Source of the DNA: Alphaproteobacteria bacterium
Lineage (GTDB): Bacteria; Pseudomonadota; Alphaproteobacteria; Bin95
Direction: 5' to 3'
NCBI GenBank assembly: GCA_964291285.2
Contig: OZ219788.1
Coordinates: 32,001 to 96,000, forward strand
Length of the DNA: 64,000 nt
Numbering within the stretch: the stretch's first letter is position 1; each line of letters starts with the position of its first letter. Under the pieces are notes generated by a model. It made no database searches, was not told the origin of the DNA, and saw nothing but the letters and a program-made list of their open reading frames with translations. The translations under genes were made by a program, and so were the position numbers. Of this stretch, positions 29,217 through 39,672 are shown piece by piece.

Positions 29217-29622
29217 ACGGCGGCCTCCCTCCCCTGCCCCTACCGCTCCGTCCACCGCCTGCGCCGGCGGCCGGCGAGGCCGGCGAGGCGGCGAGCGCGT
29301 CGCGCAGGCCGTACATGGAAATCGCGGGCTGCGCCGCCAGGATGCGGAGGATGCGCTCGCGCTGCGGCTCGATCCGCGAGGCGCGGCCACCCATCGGGTC
29401 GCGCCGCACATGGCCGCGCTCGCGAAAGCGCTTCACCCAGCTGTCGACGCTGTCCCTCGACACGCCGAACCGCCGGGCCGCGGCGGAGACGGCCATGCCC
29501 TCCTCCACCACCGCCAGGACCGCCCTGCTCCGCACCTCCTCGCTGACCGGGCGGCCCCGCACCCCCGGCCGCGGCAGCCCGCCCGCCGGGCCGCCCTTGC
29601 AACTTCGGCTCGATTCCGTCAT
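29173..29622 (-). pseudogene. IS630-like transposase N-terminal HTH ORF, lacking the DDE domain
   Basis: SEEVRSRAVLAVVEEGMAVSAAARRFGVSRDSVDSWVKRFRERG..PMGG; strong GGAGGAGG RBS. Confidence 0.65.
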
Positions 29623-29859
29623 CGCCTTTCCTCCTCCGGCCGCATCCGCGCAGCCTCCGTGAACCTCCCAACCCGAACCCGATTCCCCGGGCCTCCTGCC
29701 GCCCAGGCAGACCGCGACAGCCGGCCGCCGGGCAGGCCTCCCCCCTCGCCGCCGCGGGGCGGCGGGTTCGCGGCAGAGGTCCGGAAAAGGCGGCTTGCGC
29801 GGCTGCGCCGGCCTGTCAGCTCCAGGTCACGGCCCTTTCGCTCCGTCAGGGATGTTATG

Positions 29860-29892
29860 GAACATATATAGAACTTATGGGAAGAATGTCAA
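29860..29892 (-). promoter_or_regulatory. Sigma70-type promoter overlapped by an alphaproteobacterial LexA box
   Basis: Minus strand TTGACA-16nt-TATATA; GTTC-TATATAT-GTTC (GTTC-N7-GTTC) at 29860-29874. Confidence 0.75.
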
Positions 29893-29920
29893 GAGCCGGA
29901 TTCCACGCCTCCTCCGCCGG

Positions 29921-31099
29921 CTACAGGGCGCTTTCCAGGATTTCCAGGATGTCCCCGACGCCGCGCACCGGGCGGGGATTGGCGAGGACGAAGGGCTCGC
30001 GCATCGCCTGCCCGGCGATCTCCGGGAAGCGGTCCCGTCCGACGCCGACATCGCCGAGCCGCGACGGCAGGCCGAGGCGCGCGACCAGTTCGGCCACGAG
30101 GTCGGCCGCCGGGCGGTCCGGCCGGCCCATCGCCTCCGACACGACCCGCTGGCGCTCTGCGCCCCCCTCGGCCTGCCGGTTCCAGCGCAGCACCGGCGCC
30201 AGCATCACGCAGGAGGTGTAGCCGTGCGGCACGTCGCAGGCGCCGCCGAGGACATGGCCGATGCCGTGGCTGGCCCCGACCCGCACCCCGGCCGTGACGC
30301 CGGCCATCGACATCCACGCGCCGAGCTGGCTTTCGAGCCGCGCATCGACATCCTCCGGCGCCGCCTTCGATGCCGCGAGCGAGCGGGCCAGGAGCTTGAG
30401 GGCGTGCAGGTTCATGGCGTCGGTATACGGGTTGGCGCCGGGCGCGCAGAGCCCCTCGACCGCATGGTCCACCGCCCGGATGCCGGTCGAGAACCAGAGC
30501 CAGTCCGGCGTGTGGAGCGCGGCCCGGGGATCCAGCACCACCGAGGTCGGGATCATGTCCGGGTGTTCGTAGCCCTGCTTCTCCGGGATGCGCGTGTCGG
30601 TGCTGCCCTGGTAGTGGTAGTACTCGCCGCCCGAGAGCGTCGTCGGCACGGCGACCTGGCCGATGTCCGGGCCCCGGAACTCCGGCCTCGTCCTGGTGCC
30701 GTCGGGCCGGACGACCGTGCGGAAGGGCTCCATGTCGTCCACGGTTTCGAGCCCGTGCGCCAGCGCGAGGCGCGCCATCTTGCCGACGCCGGAGGCCGAA
30801 CTGCCGCCGACGGTCACGACCAGGTCCGCCTTCGCCGCGCGGGCGTCGCGGGCCGCGGCGATCACCGTTTCGCGGTGGACATGGGCCGGGATTCCCTCGA
30901 ACAGCCCCGCGGCGCGGTTGCCGAGCCCCCTGCCGATCTCCGAGACGACATCGCTCCCGCGGTTCAGGGTGCGGCTCGCGATCAGGAAGACGCGCTCCGC
31001 CCCGAGCCGGCCGGCCTCTTCCGCGACGACCTCCGCCGCGGGCCGTCCCCACACGACCCTCTGCATCCGCGAGAATTCGACCTGCCCCGCCTTCGCCAT
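29921..31099 (-). CDS. Iron-containing alcohol dehydrogenase / maleylacetate reductase-like
   Basis: VGGSS, VPTTLSGGE, RAVDHAVE, SHGIGH, PHG. Confidence 0.88.
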   Translation of the reverse strand: MAKAGQVEFSRMQRVVWGRPAAEVVAEEAGRLGAERVFLIASRTLNRGSDVVSEIGRGLGNRAAGLFEGIPAHVHRETVIAAARDARAAKADLVVTVGGSSASGVGKMARLALAHGLETVDDMEPFRTVVRPDGTRTRPEFRGPDIGQVAVPTTLSGGEYYHYQGSTDTRIPEKQGYEHPDMIPTSVVLDPRAALHTPDWLWFSTGIRAVDHAVEGLCAPGANPYTDAMNLHALKLLARSLAASKAAPEDVDARLESQLGAWMSMAGVTAGVRVGASHGIGHVLGGACDVPHGYTSCVMLAPVLRWNRQAEGGAERQRVVSEAMGRPDRPAADLVAELVARLGLPSRLGDVGVGRDRFPEIAGQAMREPFVLANPRPVRGVGDILEILESAL

Positions 31100-31102
31100 G
31101 CT

Positions 31103-31813
31103 TCAGCCCCTTCCAAATGCGATGCGCCAGCCCCGGAGCCGCAACGGCCCGGCGGCGCGCGAATCGGAGAGATCGTAGTCCAGCCGGTCGAGTTTTCGGA
31201 TATAGCCGCGCGTGAGCGCCGCGAGCGCGCGCCCATAGCCGTCCCGGGCGGGCGACAGCAGCGCCCGGGCCTGCTCCGCGACGGCGCGCGGCCCGGCGCC
31301 TTCCGGCAATGTCCAGCCGAAGAAGGCGGCGGCGCGCAGCCAGCCGACAAGCGCCCAGGCCGTGCCGATGTCCTCGCTGCCCGCCCGCCCGCTGACGATC
31401 TGCCCCGCAAGCGCCGCCAGGGTGCCGCCCGTCTCCCGCGCATAGGCCGGCAGGTCGGCGGGCGGCCCGGCTTCGAGGTCCGCTTGGCGCGCATCGAGAA
31501 GGCGGCCGAAGCCCTCTTCCGGCAGGTCGTGCCTGCGGATGGCGGCCGCCAGCGGCTGCAGCACGGCGTGGCGGCGCTCCCGGCCCGCGGCGGCTTCCCC
31601 GAGCGCGTCGCGCCACCATTGGAGCCGCATGGCGCCGAGCGCCGGCTCGCCCACGGTCTCGCGCAGCTGCGCCACCTCGAGATTGAAGGCGTGCAGCGCA
31701 TACAGACCGGGCCTGCTTTCCGCCGGCTGGAAGGCGATGACGGCCGCGCGGTCCGGGTCGAAACGGCAGACCCGGTCCTTGCAATAGGCGGCGTCGTCAT
31801 TCGATTCGGCCAT
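31103..31813 (-). CDS. Phytoene/squalene synthase-family protein (NDUFAF6-like)
   Basis: LYALHAFNLEVA..EPALGAMRLQWWRD..HAVL. Confidence 0.85.
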   Translation of the reverse strand: MAESNDDAAYCKDRVCRFDPDRAAVIAFQPAESRPGLYALHAFNLEVAQLRETVGEPALGAMRLQWWRDALGEAAAGRERRHAVLQPLAAAIRRHDLPEEGFGRLLDARQADLEAGPPADLPAYARETGGTLAALAGQIVSGRAGSEDIGTAWALVGWLRAAAFFGWTLPEGAGPRAVAEQARALLSPARDGYGRALAALTRGYIRKLDRLDYDLSDSRAAGPLRLRGWRIAFGRG

Positions 31814-32046
31814 GGTCCATTGTATTCGGGACGGGAAGTGTCGAAAGCCCGGACGGCTCTTCGAATTCGAGGCGGCATTGCAATGGCGGTTCGAGACAGA
31901 TCGCGGGAGCCGGCGGCCTGCCCGCAAACGGCACTCCGCCGGGCTTTGCGGCCGGAAAATCCCCAGCGGCAACGCAAACGCCGCTTGCTTTTCAGGGCCG
32001 CCCGGCTGATATAATCGCGCGAAAACCCGGCGGGGAGGAGACGTCG

Positions 32047-32142
32047 ATGAAGAACCCCTTGGAATCGCTCCACATGACGGTCGGACTGGGGGTCGTGTTG
32101 ACCGTCGTCCTGATTATCGTCGCCCAGGCAATCGGCAGCTAG
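32047..32142 (+). CDS. 31-aa single-TM peptide (below the ORF-track size cutoff)
   Basis: GGAGGAG RBS; MKNPLESLHMTVGLGVVLTVVLIIVAQAIGS*. Confidence 0.7.
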   Translation: MKNPLESLHMTVGLGVVLTVVLIIVAQAIGS

Positions 32143-32166
32143 GCGCGGAAGGGAGGACGACACGTC

Positions 32167-32670
32167 ATGGAAAATGAATTCCTTCTCCATCTCGTTCGAT
32201 GGTTCCATGTCCTGAGCGGCGTCATGTGGATCGGCCTGCTTTGGTACCTGAACTTCGTGCAGGTTCCGACCATGCCGAAGATCCCCGATGAGATGAAACC
32301 CGCCATCGGCAAGCATATCGCTCCGGCGGTGTTGTTCTGGTTCCGCTGGTCGGCGGCCTCGACCGTGCTCTGGGGCCTGTTGCTGGCTCTCATGCAGGGC
32401 ACGTTCGGTGACTGGCTCGCCATCGGCCTTGCCGACAACAGCAGTGTCAGCGCCTTCATCGGCATCGGCATGTGGCTCGGCCTCATCATGGCCTTCAATG
32501 TCTGGTTCGTGATCTGGCCCAGCCAGAAGATCGCGCTGGGCATCGTGGACGCGCCGGATGACCAGAAGCCTCCGGCCGCGCGCCGGGCACTGTTGTTCTC
32601 GCGCACCAACACGATGCTGTCGATTCCGATGCTTTACGGCATGCTGGCGGCGCAGAACCCGCCATTCTGA
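32167..32670 (+). CDS. PuuD/urate-oxidase N-terminal-like membrane protein
   Basis: [44 protein letters not shown]. Confidence 0.8.
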   Translation: MENEFLLHLVRWFHVLSGVMWIGLLWYLNFVQVPTMPKIPDEMKPAIGKHIAPAVLFWFRWSAASTVLWGLLLALMQGTFGDWLAIGLADNSSVSAFIGIGMWLGLIMAFNVWFVIWPSQKIALGIVDAPDDQKPPAARRALLFSRTNTMLSIPMLYGMLAAQNPPF

Positions 32671-33833
32671 TGGCGGCTGCCGGGCCGGCGTCGCCAGCGC
32701 CGGCCGGCCCGGCAATCAGGGAGTATGCGCTGGCGCTCGGCTTCGACGCCGTCGGCTTTGCGCCGGCGGCGTCGCGCCTTGAGGTCCGCCGGAACTTGCG
32801 CGAGTTTCTGGCGGAAGGACGCTACGGCGACATGGGCTGGCTCGCTGCGCGTGAAGGCCGGCGTTCGAGTCCCGACGCGCTCTGGTCCGAAGCGCGGACG
32901 GTCATTGCGCTCGCGATGAGTTACGGTCCGGCGGCCGATCCGCTTGAATTGCTGCCGAAGAAAGAGCGGGGCACGGTCTCGGTTTATGCCCGCACGGCGC
33001 GCGACTACCACGACGTCATCAAGCGGAAGCTGAAACGGCTGGCCCGTTGGCTGGTCGAAAACCATGGCGGGGCGGTCAAGGTCTTCGTCGACACCGCGCC
33101 GGTCATGGAAAAGCCCGCGGCCGAGGCTGCCGGTCTTGGCTGGCAGGGCAAGCACACCAATCTGGTGTCGCGCCGCTACGGCTCCTGGCTCTTCCTCGGC
33201 GAGGTCTTCACGACGCTGGCGCTCAAGCCGGACGAGCCGCATGACGACCGCTGCGGAAGTTGCCGCGCCTGCCTCGATGTCTGCCCGACCGACGCCTTCA
33301 CTGCCCCCTATCGGCTGGATCCCCGGCGCTGCATTTCCTACCTCACCATCGAACACAAGGCGCCCATTCCGCATGAGTTCCGCCGCGCGATGGGAAACCG
33401 GATTTACGGTTGCGACGACTGTCTCGCCGTCTGCCCCTGGAACAAATTCGCCGCCCGCGCCGGCGAACCGGAGTTATTGCCGCGCATCGAGCTGACGGCC
33501 CCCAAGCTCGCCGATCTCGCGGGTCTCGACGACGCGGGCTTCCGGGAAGTGTTCGCCGGCTCGCCGATCAAGCGCACGGGCCGCAACCGCTTCCTGCGCA
33601 ATGTGCTGATCGCTGTCGGAAACAGCGGCGATGAAGGGCTCGTCCCGACCGCAAGGCAGGCGCTGGACGATCCGGCGCCCCTTGTGCGCGGCGCAGCCGT
33701 CTGGGCGCTCGGCGAACTGCTTCCGGAAGCGGAATTCGACGAACTCAGGCGAAAGCGGCTGCCTGCGGAAACCGATGCTTCGGTTCGTCGCGAGTGGACT
33801 TATGACGAGCCGTCGGCCTCGAGCCGGCGATAA
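32670..33833 (+). CDS. queG: Epoxyqueuosine reductase
   Basis: [50 protein letters not shown]. Confidence 0.95.
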   Translation: MAAAGPASPAPAGPAIREYALALGFDAVGFAPAASRLEVRRNLREFLAEGRYGDMGWLAAREGRRSSPDALWSEARTVIALAMSYGPAADPLELLPKKERGTVSVYARTARDYHDVIKRKLKRLARWLVENHGGAVKVFVDTAPVMEKPAAEAAGLGWQGKHTNLVSRRYGSWLFLGEVFTTLALKPDEPHDDRCGSCRACLDVCPTDAFTAPYRLDPRRCISYLTIEHKAPIPHEFRRAMGNRIYGCDDCLAVCPWNKFAARAGEPELLPRIELTAPKLADLAGLDDAGFREVFAGSPIKRTGRNRFLRNVLIAVGNSGDEGLVPTARQALDDPAPLVRGAAVWALGELLPEAEFDELRRKRLPAETDASVRREWTYDEPSASSRR

Positions 33834-34297
33834 CCGCCCGCAAAAAAGATCAGCGGCCGACCCGCTCCATCGGTCGCCAGAGTCTTGGCGCGGCCGATGA
33901 GAATGTCGTGGTCCCCGCCGTCATGGATCGCCTCCGTCGTGCATTCGATCTGGGCGACGGCGCCCGCCATCAGCGGCGCGCCGCTTGCCTCGCCGATGGA
34001 ATAGTCGAGCTCCTGCCACGGGCGGGGGGCGTTCTTGGTCGCGAAAATCGAGGACAGGGAAGACTGGTCCTCCGCCAGCACATTGACCGCGAAATGCGTG
34101 CTGTCGAGGAACGCCTGGCGGCAGTTGGCGTCCTTGTCGAGGCAGAACAGCACCAGCGGCGGCTCCAGCGAGAGCGAACTGAAGGAGCCAATCGTCACGC
34201 CGTGCATTTCCCCGTCATGCGCCGTGGTGGTTATCACGGTCACGCCGGTCGGCATGCGTCCGAGCGTATCCCGGAAGGCGCGTGGCTCGACGGTCAT
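33800..34297 (-). CDS. Flavin reductase-like protein
   Basis: [34 protein letters not shown]. Confidence 0.9.
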   Translation of the reverse strand: MTVEPRAFRDTLGRMPTGVTVITTTAHDGEMHGVTIGSFSSLSLEPPLVLFCLDKDANCRQAFLDSTHFAVNVLAEDQSSLSSIFATKNAPRPWQELDYSIGEASGAPLMAGAVAQIECTTEAIHDGGDHDILIGRAKTLATDGAGRPLIFFAGGYRRLEADGSS

Positions 34298-34475
34298 CCC
34301 CGGTTCCCCTCCCAACTCCGGTATGAGGCCTGCCCCTTGCACCCGAACCGGTAGCCGGAGCGTCTTGCTAGTCATCCTATTGGCCACCGTGTCGACGCGC
34401 AAACCGGGCACGGTGCAGGCGACAGCCGATACTTGCGGCACCGACAGCGGTTCGGCCATATAGGGGCGCGCAAGC

Positions 34476-35525
34476 ATGGGGGAAAACCCAGTGGAATACC
34501 GGAATCTCGGGCGGAGCGGCCTCAAGGTCTCGAAGCTGTGCCTGGGCGCGATGATGTTCGGCGGGCCGACGGCGCCCGAAGACGCCGAGGCCATGGTCGA
34601 GGGCGCCCGGACCGCCGGCGTCAACTTCATCGACACGGCGGACGGCTACAACCGGGGGCGTTCCGAAGAGGTCGTCGGCCAGGCCGTGGCGCGCGACCGC
34701 GACGGCTGGGTCGTCGCAACCAAACTCTTCAACCCGATGGGCGAAAGACCCAATGGCGGCGGCCTGTCGCGCAAATGGATGCTGCGCGCCTGCGAGGCCA
34801 GCCTGAAACGCCTCGGTACCGACCGCATCGACCTCTACTACCTGCACAAGGAAGACCCGGATACGCCGCTCGAAGAGACCGTGCGGGCGATGGACGACCT
34901 GATCCGCGCGGGCAAGGTGCTCTATTACGGCGTCTCGAACTACCGGTCCTGGCGCATTGCTGAAATCTGCCGCATAGCCGATGACCTTGGTGCGCCGCGC
35001 CCCATCGCCAGCCAGCCCTATTACAACGCCGTCAACCGCATGCCGGAGATGGAGCACATGCCGGCCTGCAACTGGTTCGGGCTTGGCGTCGTGCCCTACA
35101 GCCCGGTCGCGCGCGGTGTGCTGACGGGAAAGTACCGCCCCGGCGCGGAACCTGAGACCGGCAGCCGCGCGGCACGCGGCGACAGGCGCATCCGCGAGAC
35201 CGAATTGCGCGACGAATCGCTGGCGATCGCCTCGAAGGTCGTCGCCCACGCCGAGCGGCGCGGCATGTCGGCGGCGCAGTTCGCAACACTCTGGGTGTTG
35301 AACAACCGTTTCGTCACCTCTGTGATCGCCGGTCCGCGCACCAGGGAGCAATGGCAGGACTATCTGGGCGCGATGGACCACGCATTCACCGGCGAAGACG
35401 AAGCGCTGATCGACGCCCTGGTAGCGCCCGGCCATCCATCCACGCCCGGCTACAATGATCCGCAATATCCGGTCGAGGGCCGGCCGGTCTGGACCGACGC
35501 GCCGGAGCAGGAGGTTTCGCAATGA
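34476..35525 (+). CDS. Aldo/keto reductase
   Basis: LGRSGLKVSKLCLG, DTADGY, SLKRLGTDRIDLY. Confidence 0.92.
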   Translation: MGENPVEYRNLGRSGLKVSKLCLGAMMFGGPTAPEDAEAMVEGARTAGVNFIDTADGYNRGRSEEVVGQAVARDRDGWVVATKLFNPMGERPNGGGLSRKWMLRACEASLKRLGTDRIDLYYLHKEDPDTPLEETVRAMDDLIRAGKVLYYGVSNYRSWRIAEICRIADDLGAPRPIASQPYYNAVNRMPEMEHMPACNWFGLGVVPYSPVARGVLTGKYRPGAEPETGSRAARGDRRIRETELRDESLAIASKVVAHAERRGMSAAQFATLWVLNNRFVTSVIAGPRTREQWQDYLGAMDHAFTGEDEALIDALVAPGHPSTPGYNDPQYPVEGRPVWTDAPEQEVSQ

Positions 35526-36751
35526 CGACCGACCGACCCGCCTATGCCGGTCTCCGCGTCTGCGACCTGACGCAGGGCGTTGCAGGTCCCCATTGCGCCT
35601 TCCTGCTGGCCCAGCACGGAGCTGACGTCATCAAAATCGAGCCGCCGGGTGGAGACTGGGGACGGGGCATCGGCAAGCGCCACGGGCCCTATTCCGCCTT
35701 TTTCCTCCAGGTCAATCGGGGCAAGCGTTCCCTCGCGCTTGACCTCAAGCAGGCGGAAGCCAGGGATGCGGCGGCCAGGATCGCGGCACAGGCGGATATC
35801 GTGCTGGAGGCATTCCGGCCGGGCGTGACGGCAAGGTTCGGCCTCGATTACGAGAGCGTCCGCGCCGTCAATCCCGATGTCATTTATCTCTCCGTCACGG
35901 GCTACGGCCAGCACGGTCCCTGGAGCGACCGGCCGCTGACGGACTCGATAGCCCAGGCGGTGACCGGCATGATGTCCATGAACCGCGACAAAAACGGCCT
36001 GCCGCAGCGGGTCGGCATGATCGCCATCGACGTGATGACGGGCCTTTATGCCTTCCAGGCGGTCTCGGCGGCGCTCTATGCCCGCACGGTCCAAGGCGCG
36101 CCCGGCCGCCATATCGACATGAGCCTCCAGCAGTCCGCCGGCGCGTTCATGGCCGCAAAGATGATCGAGTACCATCTAGAAGGCCCGGTGCCGCAGGTCG
36201 TCGGCGTTCCCGTCGGCACCTTCCGGAGCGCCGATGGCTTCGTGAACATCAATGCGCGGCGCGAGAAGCATTTCGAAGCGCTTTGCGGCCTTGTGGACCG
36301 GCCTGGGCTTGCGCACGATCCGCGCTTCGCCAGCTACGAAGCGCGGATCGAGAACGAGGCCGCATTGATGGCCCTGCTCCGCCCGCTGGTCAGGGAACGC
36401 TCCACGGCGGAATGGGTCCGGCTGCTTGGCGAGGCGGACATCATCGCCGGGCCGGTCAATGACTTCGGCGACTATTTCCGGGAACCGCAGGTGCTCCATA
36501 ACGACTCGGTCGCTTGGCAGGAGCACGATGCAGTCGGGTGCGTGCCCATGCATGTCGTGCCGGGCATCGGGACGGCACCGGAAGGCAGTTTCCTTGCGAC
36601 CGCGCCGGACCTTGGCGCGCACAGCCGTGCCGTGCTCCGCGAGTACGGCTACAGCGATTCGCAGATCGACCGGATGACGGCCTCGAGCGCGGTGATCGAC
36701 GGCGCGCGCATGGACACGAACCGCGCGGCAGCGCAAGCTGCCGAGGACTAG
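35522..36751 (+). CDS. CaiB/BaiF class III CoA-transferase
   Basis: GADVIKIEPPGGD, NRGKRS, FRPG. Confidence 0.9.
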   Translation: MTTDRPAYAGLRVCDLTQGVAGPHCAFLLAQHGADVIKIEPPGGDWGRGIGKRHGPYSAFFLQVNRGKRSLALDLKQAEARDAAARIAAQADIVLEAFRPGVTARFGLDYESVRAVNPDVIYLSVTGYGQHGPWSDRPLTDSIAQAVTGMMSMNRDKNGLPQRVGMIAIDVMTGLYAFQAVSAALYARTVQGAPGRHIDMSLQQSAGAFMAAKMIEYHLEGPVPQVVGVPVGTFRSADGFVNINARREKHFEALCGLVDRPGLAHDPRFASYEARIENEAALMALLRPLVRERSTAEWVRLLGEADIIAGPVNDFGDYFREPQVLHNDSVAWQEHDAVGCVPMHVVPGIGTAPEGSFLATAPDLGAHSRAVLREYGYSDSQIDRMTASSAVIDGARMDTNRAAAQAAED

Positions 36752-36772
36752 AAGACGGGGAGGCAGGGCGGG

Positions 36773-38365
36773 ATGAACCGCTTCGACTACATCATTATCG
36801 GTGCCGGGTCCGCCGGCTGTGTCATGGCCAATCGCCTGAGCGAGAATCCAGCGGCCAGCGTGCTTCTGCTGGAGGCGGGCGGGCGCGATCTCAATCCGTT
36901 CATCCATATCCCCGCCGGATTCTTCAAGACGCTCTACGACACCTCCGTCAACTGGTGCTACGCCACGGAGAAAGAGGAGAGCAGCGGCAACCGGGCCATC
37001 CACTGGCCGCGCGGCAAGGTGCTCGGCGGCTCGTCCGCCATCAATGGCCATCTCATCGTGCGCGGCCAGCCGGAGGATTATGACGGCTGGGCGCAGCTCG
37101 GCAATCGCGGTTGGTCCTATGACGAGGTTCTGCCCTATTTCAGGAAGTTCGAGAACCGGGCAAGCGGCGACCCGGAGATCCGCGGCCGGGGCGGCCCGAT
37201 CAACGTCATCGATCCCATAGAGCAGCATCCGCTGACGCGGCTCTTCATGGAGGCGTGCGTCGAGGCCGGCATCCCGCGCAACGACGACTACAACGATGGC
37301 GAGCAGGAAGGTGTGGGTTACTTCCAGCACGCCATCCGCAACGGCCGCCGGGAGAGCACGGCGCGGACCTATCTGCGCCAGACAGACGGCCGGACGAACC
37401 TGCGGGTGGAAACCCACGCGCTTACGCAGCGGCTTGTCGTCGAGGAGGGGCGCGCGGTCGGGGTCGTGTTCCGCCAGGGCGATACCGTCCGCGAGGTCCG
37501 GGCCAACGCCGAGATCGTCCTGTCGTCCGGGTCCATTGCCTCGCCGCAGCTGCTGGAACTGTCGGGCATCGGTGACGCGGAACGCCTCAAACCGCTCGGG
37601 ATCGAACCGGTCCACCACCTGCCCGGCGTCGGTGAGAACCTCCAGGACCACTATGTCGCCCGCATCTGCATGAAGGCGAAAGGCATCCGCACCTTCAACG
37701 AGCGTTCGAAGGGGCTGCCGCTGCTCTGGGAAACCGTGCGTTACGTGACGACACGCACCGGGCTGCTGACTGCCGCGCCCGGTAATGTCAGCGCTTCAGT
37801 GAAGATCATGCCGGGTGTGGCGACGCCGGACGTGCAGTACAGCTTCGCGCCGGCGAGCTACAAGGACGGCGTCATCAGCGTGCTCGACGACTATCCCGGC
37901 ATGACGCTCGGCTTCTGGCAGCACCGGCCGGAGAGCATCGGTTCGATCCATATCGCCGCCAACGATCCGGACCGCCACCCGGTCATCCGCCCGAACTACC
38001 TCGCCACGCAGACCGACTGCGACACCATGACGGGCGCGCTGAAGCTCGCGCGAAAGATATTCGAGCAACCGGCCATCGCACCTTACATCGAGTGCGAAAC
38101 CATACCGGGCGCTGAACGGACGAGCGACGACGAGCTGCTTCACTACTGCCGCAGCAACGGCGCGACGGTTTATCATCCCATCGGCACTTGCAAGATGGGC
38201 GACGACCCGATGGCCGTGGTCGATTCCTCGCTCCGCCTGCGCGGGCTGGAGGGGCTCCGGGTGGTGGACGCCTCGGTGATGCCGCGTATGGTCTCGGCCA
38301 ACACCAATGCGGCCGTGCTGATGATCGCGGAGAAGTCGGCGGACATGATAAAGGCAGAAGCCTGA
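36773..38365 (+). CDS. GMC oxidoreductase (choline dehydrogenase-like)
   Basis: GAGSAG, PRGKVLGGSSAING, GENLQDH, HPIGTCKMG, NTNA. Confidence 0.93.
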   Translation: MNRFDYIIIGAGSAGCVMANRLSENPAASVLLLEAGGRDLNPFIHIPAGFFKTLYDTSVNWCYATEKEESSGNRAIHWPRGKVLGGSSAINGHLIVRGQPEDYDGWAQLGNRGWSYDEVLPYFRKFENRASGDPEIRGRGGPINVIDPIEQHPLTRLFMEACVEAGIPRNDDYNDGEQEGVGYFQHAIRNGRRESTARTYLRQTDGRTNLRVETHALTQRLVVEEGRAVGVVFRQGDTVREVRANAEIVLSSGSIASPQLLELSGIGDAERLKPLGIEPVHHLPGVGENLQDHYVARICMKAKGIRTFNERSKGLPLLWETVRYVTTRTGLLTAAPGNVSASVKIMPGVATPDVQYSFAPASYKDGVISVLDDYPGMTLGFWQHRPESIGSIHIAANDPDRHPVIRPNYLATQTDCDTMTGALKLARKIFEQPAIAPYIECETIPGAERTSDDELLHYCRSNGATVYHPIGTCKMGDDPMAVVDSSLRLRGLEGLRVVDASVMPRMVSANTNAAVLMIAEKSADMIKAEA

Positions 38366-38397
38366 AGCGGCTCCGGCCGTCAACCGGGAGAAGAAGC

Positions 38398-39102
38398 ATG
38401 GTCGAATACGCCCCCTATCCCGAAAACACGCAACCGGGGGTCAACTCCGAGCGCTATTTCCGCACAAGCCAGCTCGCCCCGTCGCAACCCTTCATCGAGG
38501 CTCCGGTGACGCTTTCGGAGATTACCGGCCCGCTTTTCACGCGCGAGGGCGTGTCGCCGGAGGAAGCGGACCTTACAACGGGCGGCAAGGCACTCGGCCA
38601 GTTGATGGTCCTTGCCGGCCAGGTCCGGGACGAGGATGCACGCCCGCTCCCGGGCGTCCTGGTGGAAGCCTGGCAGGCGAACGCCTCCGGCAAATACCGC
38701 CACCCGGTGGACGGGCGCGATGCGCCGCTCGACCCCCATTTCGTCGGTGGAGGCCGCGCCGTGACCGATGCGGAAGGCAGCTACCGCTTCGTCACCATCA
38801 AGCCCGGTGCCTATCCGGTTCCCAATTCCGGCAATTGGTGGCGCCCGCCGCATATCCACCTGTCGATCTACGGCTATGCGTTCATGAGCCGGATGATCAC
38901 CCAGGTCTATTTCCCGGGAGACCCGCTGAACGAGATCGATTCGATCTTCATGTCCGTGCCGGATGCCGCTGCGCGGGACCGGCTCGTCGCCCGGCCCCAG
39001 GCGTCTTACGGCCTGCACGAACACGCGCTCGGCTACGGCTTCGACATCGTCATGCGGGGCCGGGACCAGACGCCGATGGATGAGGAAGGGTCCGCGACAT
39101 GA
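38398..39102 (+). CDS. pcaH: Protocatechuate 3,4-dioxygenase beta subunit (type II-like)
   Basis: EITGP, WQANASGKYRH, KPGAYPV, WRPPHIH. Confidence 0.88.
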   Translation: MVEYAPYPENTQPGVNSERYFRTSQLAPSQPFIEAPVTLSEITGPLFTREGVSPEEADLTTGGKALGQLMVLAGQVRDEDARPLPGVLVEAWQANASGKYRHPVDGRDAPLDPHFVGGGRAVTDAEGSYRFVTIKPGAYPVPNSGNWWRPPHIHLSIYGYAFMSRMITQVYFPGDPLNEIDSIFMSVPDAAARDRLVARPQASYGLHEHALGYGFDIVMRGRDQTPMDEEGSAT

Positions 39103-39659
39103 GTCTTGCGCCGACAGCCTCACAGACGCTTGGGCCATTCTTCAACTACGCCCTGCCGTTCAATGCCGACCTTACCGGCGGCGGCAAGGCCGAAGGGCGC
39201 AGCATCGTCCTGCAAGGCCGGGTTACAGATGTCAACGCGGCACCCGTCCGCGATGCGCTTGTCGAAATCTGGCAGGCGAATGCTGCGGGCGGCTATGCGC
39301 ATCCGCTCGACACGGATAAGGCGCGCCCGCGCGACCCGCATTTCAACGGATTCGGCAGGGTTCTGACGAATGCCGAGGGCGTCTTCGCCTTCACGACGGT
39401 GATGCCGGGCCCGGTTCCCTTCGAGGGTAATCGCTGGCAGGCGCCGCATGTCTCGGTCGCGGTGTTCTCCGCCGGACTGCTGCGGCGGGTGCGGACCCGC
39501 GCCTACTTCCCCGGCGAGGAGTTGAACGCCGACGATCCCGTGCTGGCGGCCGTGCCCGCCGGCCGCCGGCCGCTACTGGTGGCGCAGGCCGAAGATGGCG
39601 GTTTTCGCTTCGACATCCGCCTCAGGGGCGAGAACGAAACGCCGTTCTTCGGCGACTGA
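39099..39659 (+). CDS. pcaG: Protocatechuate 3,4-dioxygenase alpha subunit
   Basis: TASQTLGPF, EIWQANAAG, QAPH, ETPFF. Confidence 0.9.
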   Translation: MSLAPTASQTLGPFFNYALPFNADLTGGGKAEGRSIVLQGRVTDVNAAPVRDALVEIWQANAAGGYAHPLDTDKARPRDPHFNGFGRVLTNAEGVFAFTTVMPGPVPFEGNRWQAPHVSVAVFSAGLLRRVRTRAYFPGEELNADDPVLAAVPAGRRPLLVAQAEDGGFRFDIRLRGENETPFFGD

Positions 39660-39672
39660 CCGGACCGGCGTC

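Noticed and set aside
29810-29851. Hammerhead-like CTGACGG...GAAA on the minus strand
   Set aside because: The core deviates from CUGANGA and I could not build stems I-III.
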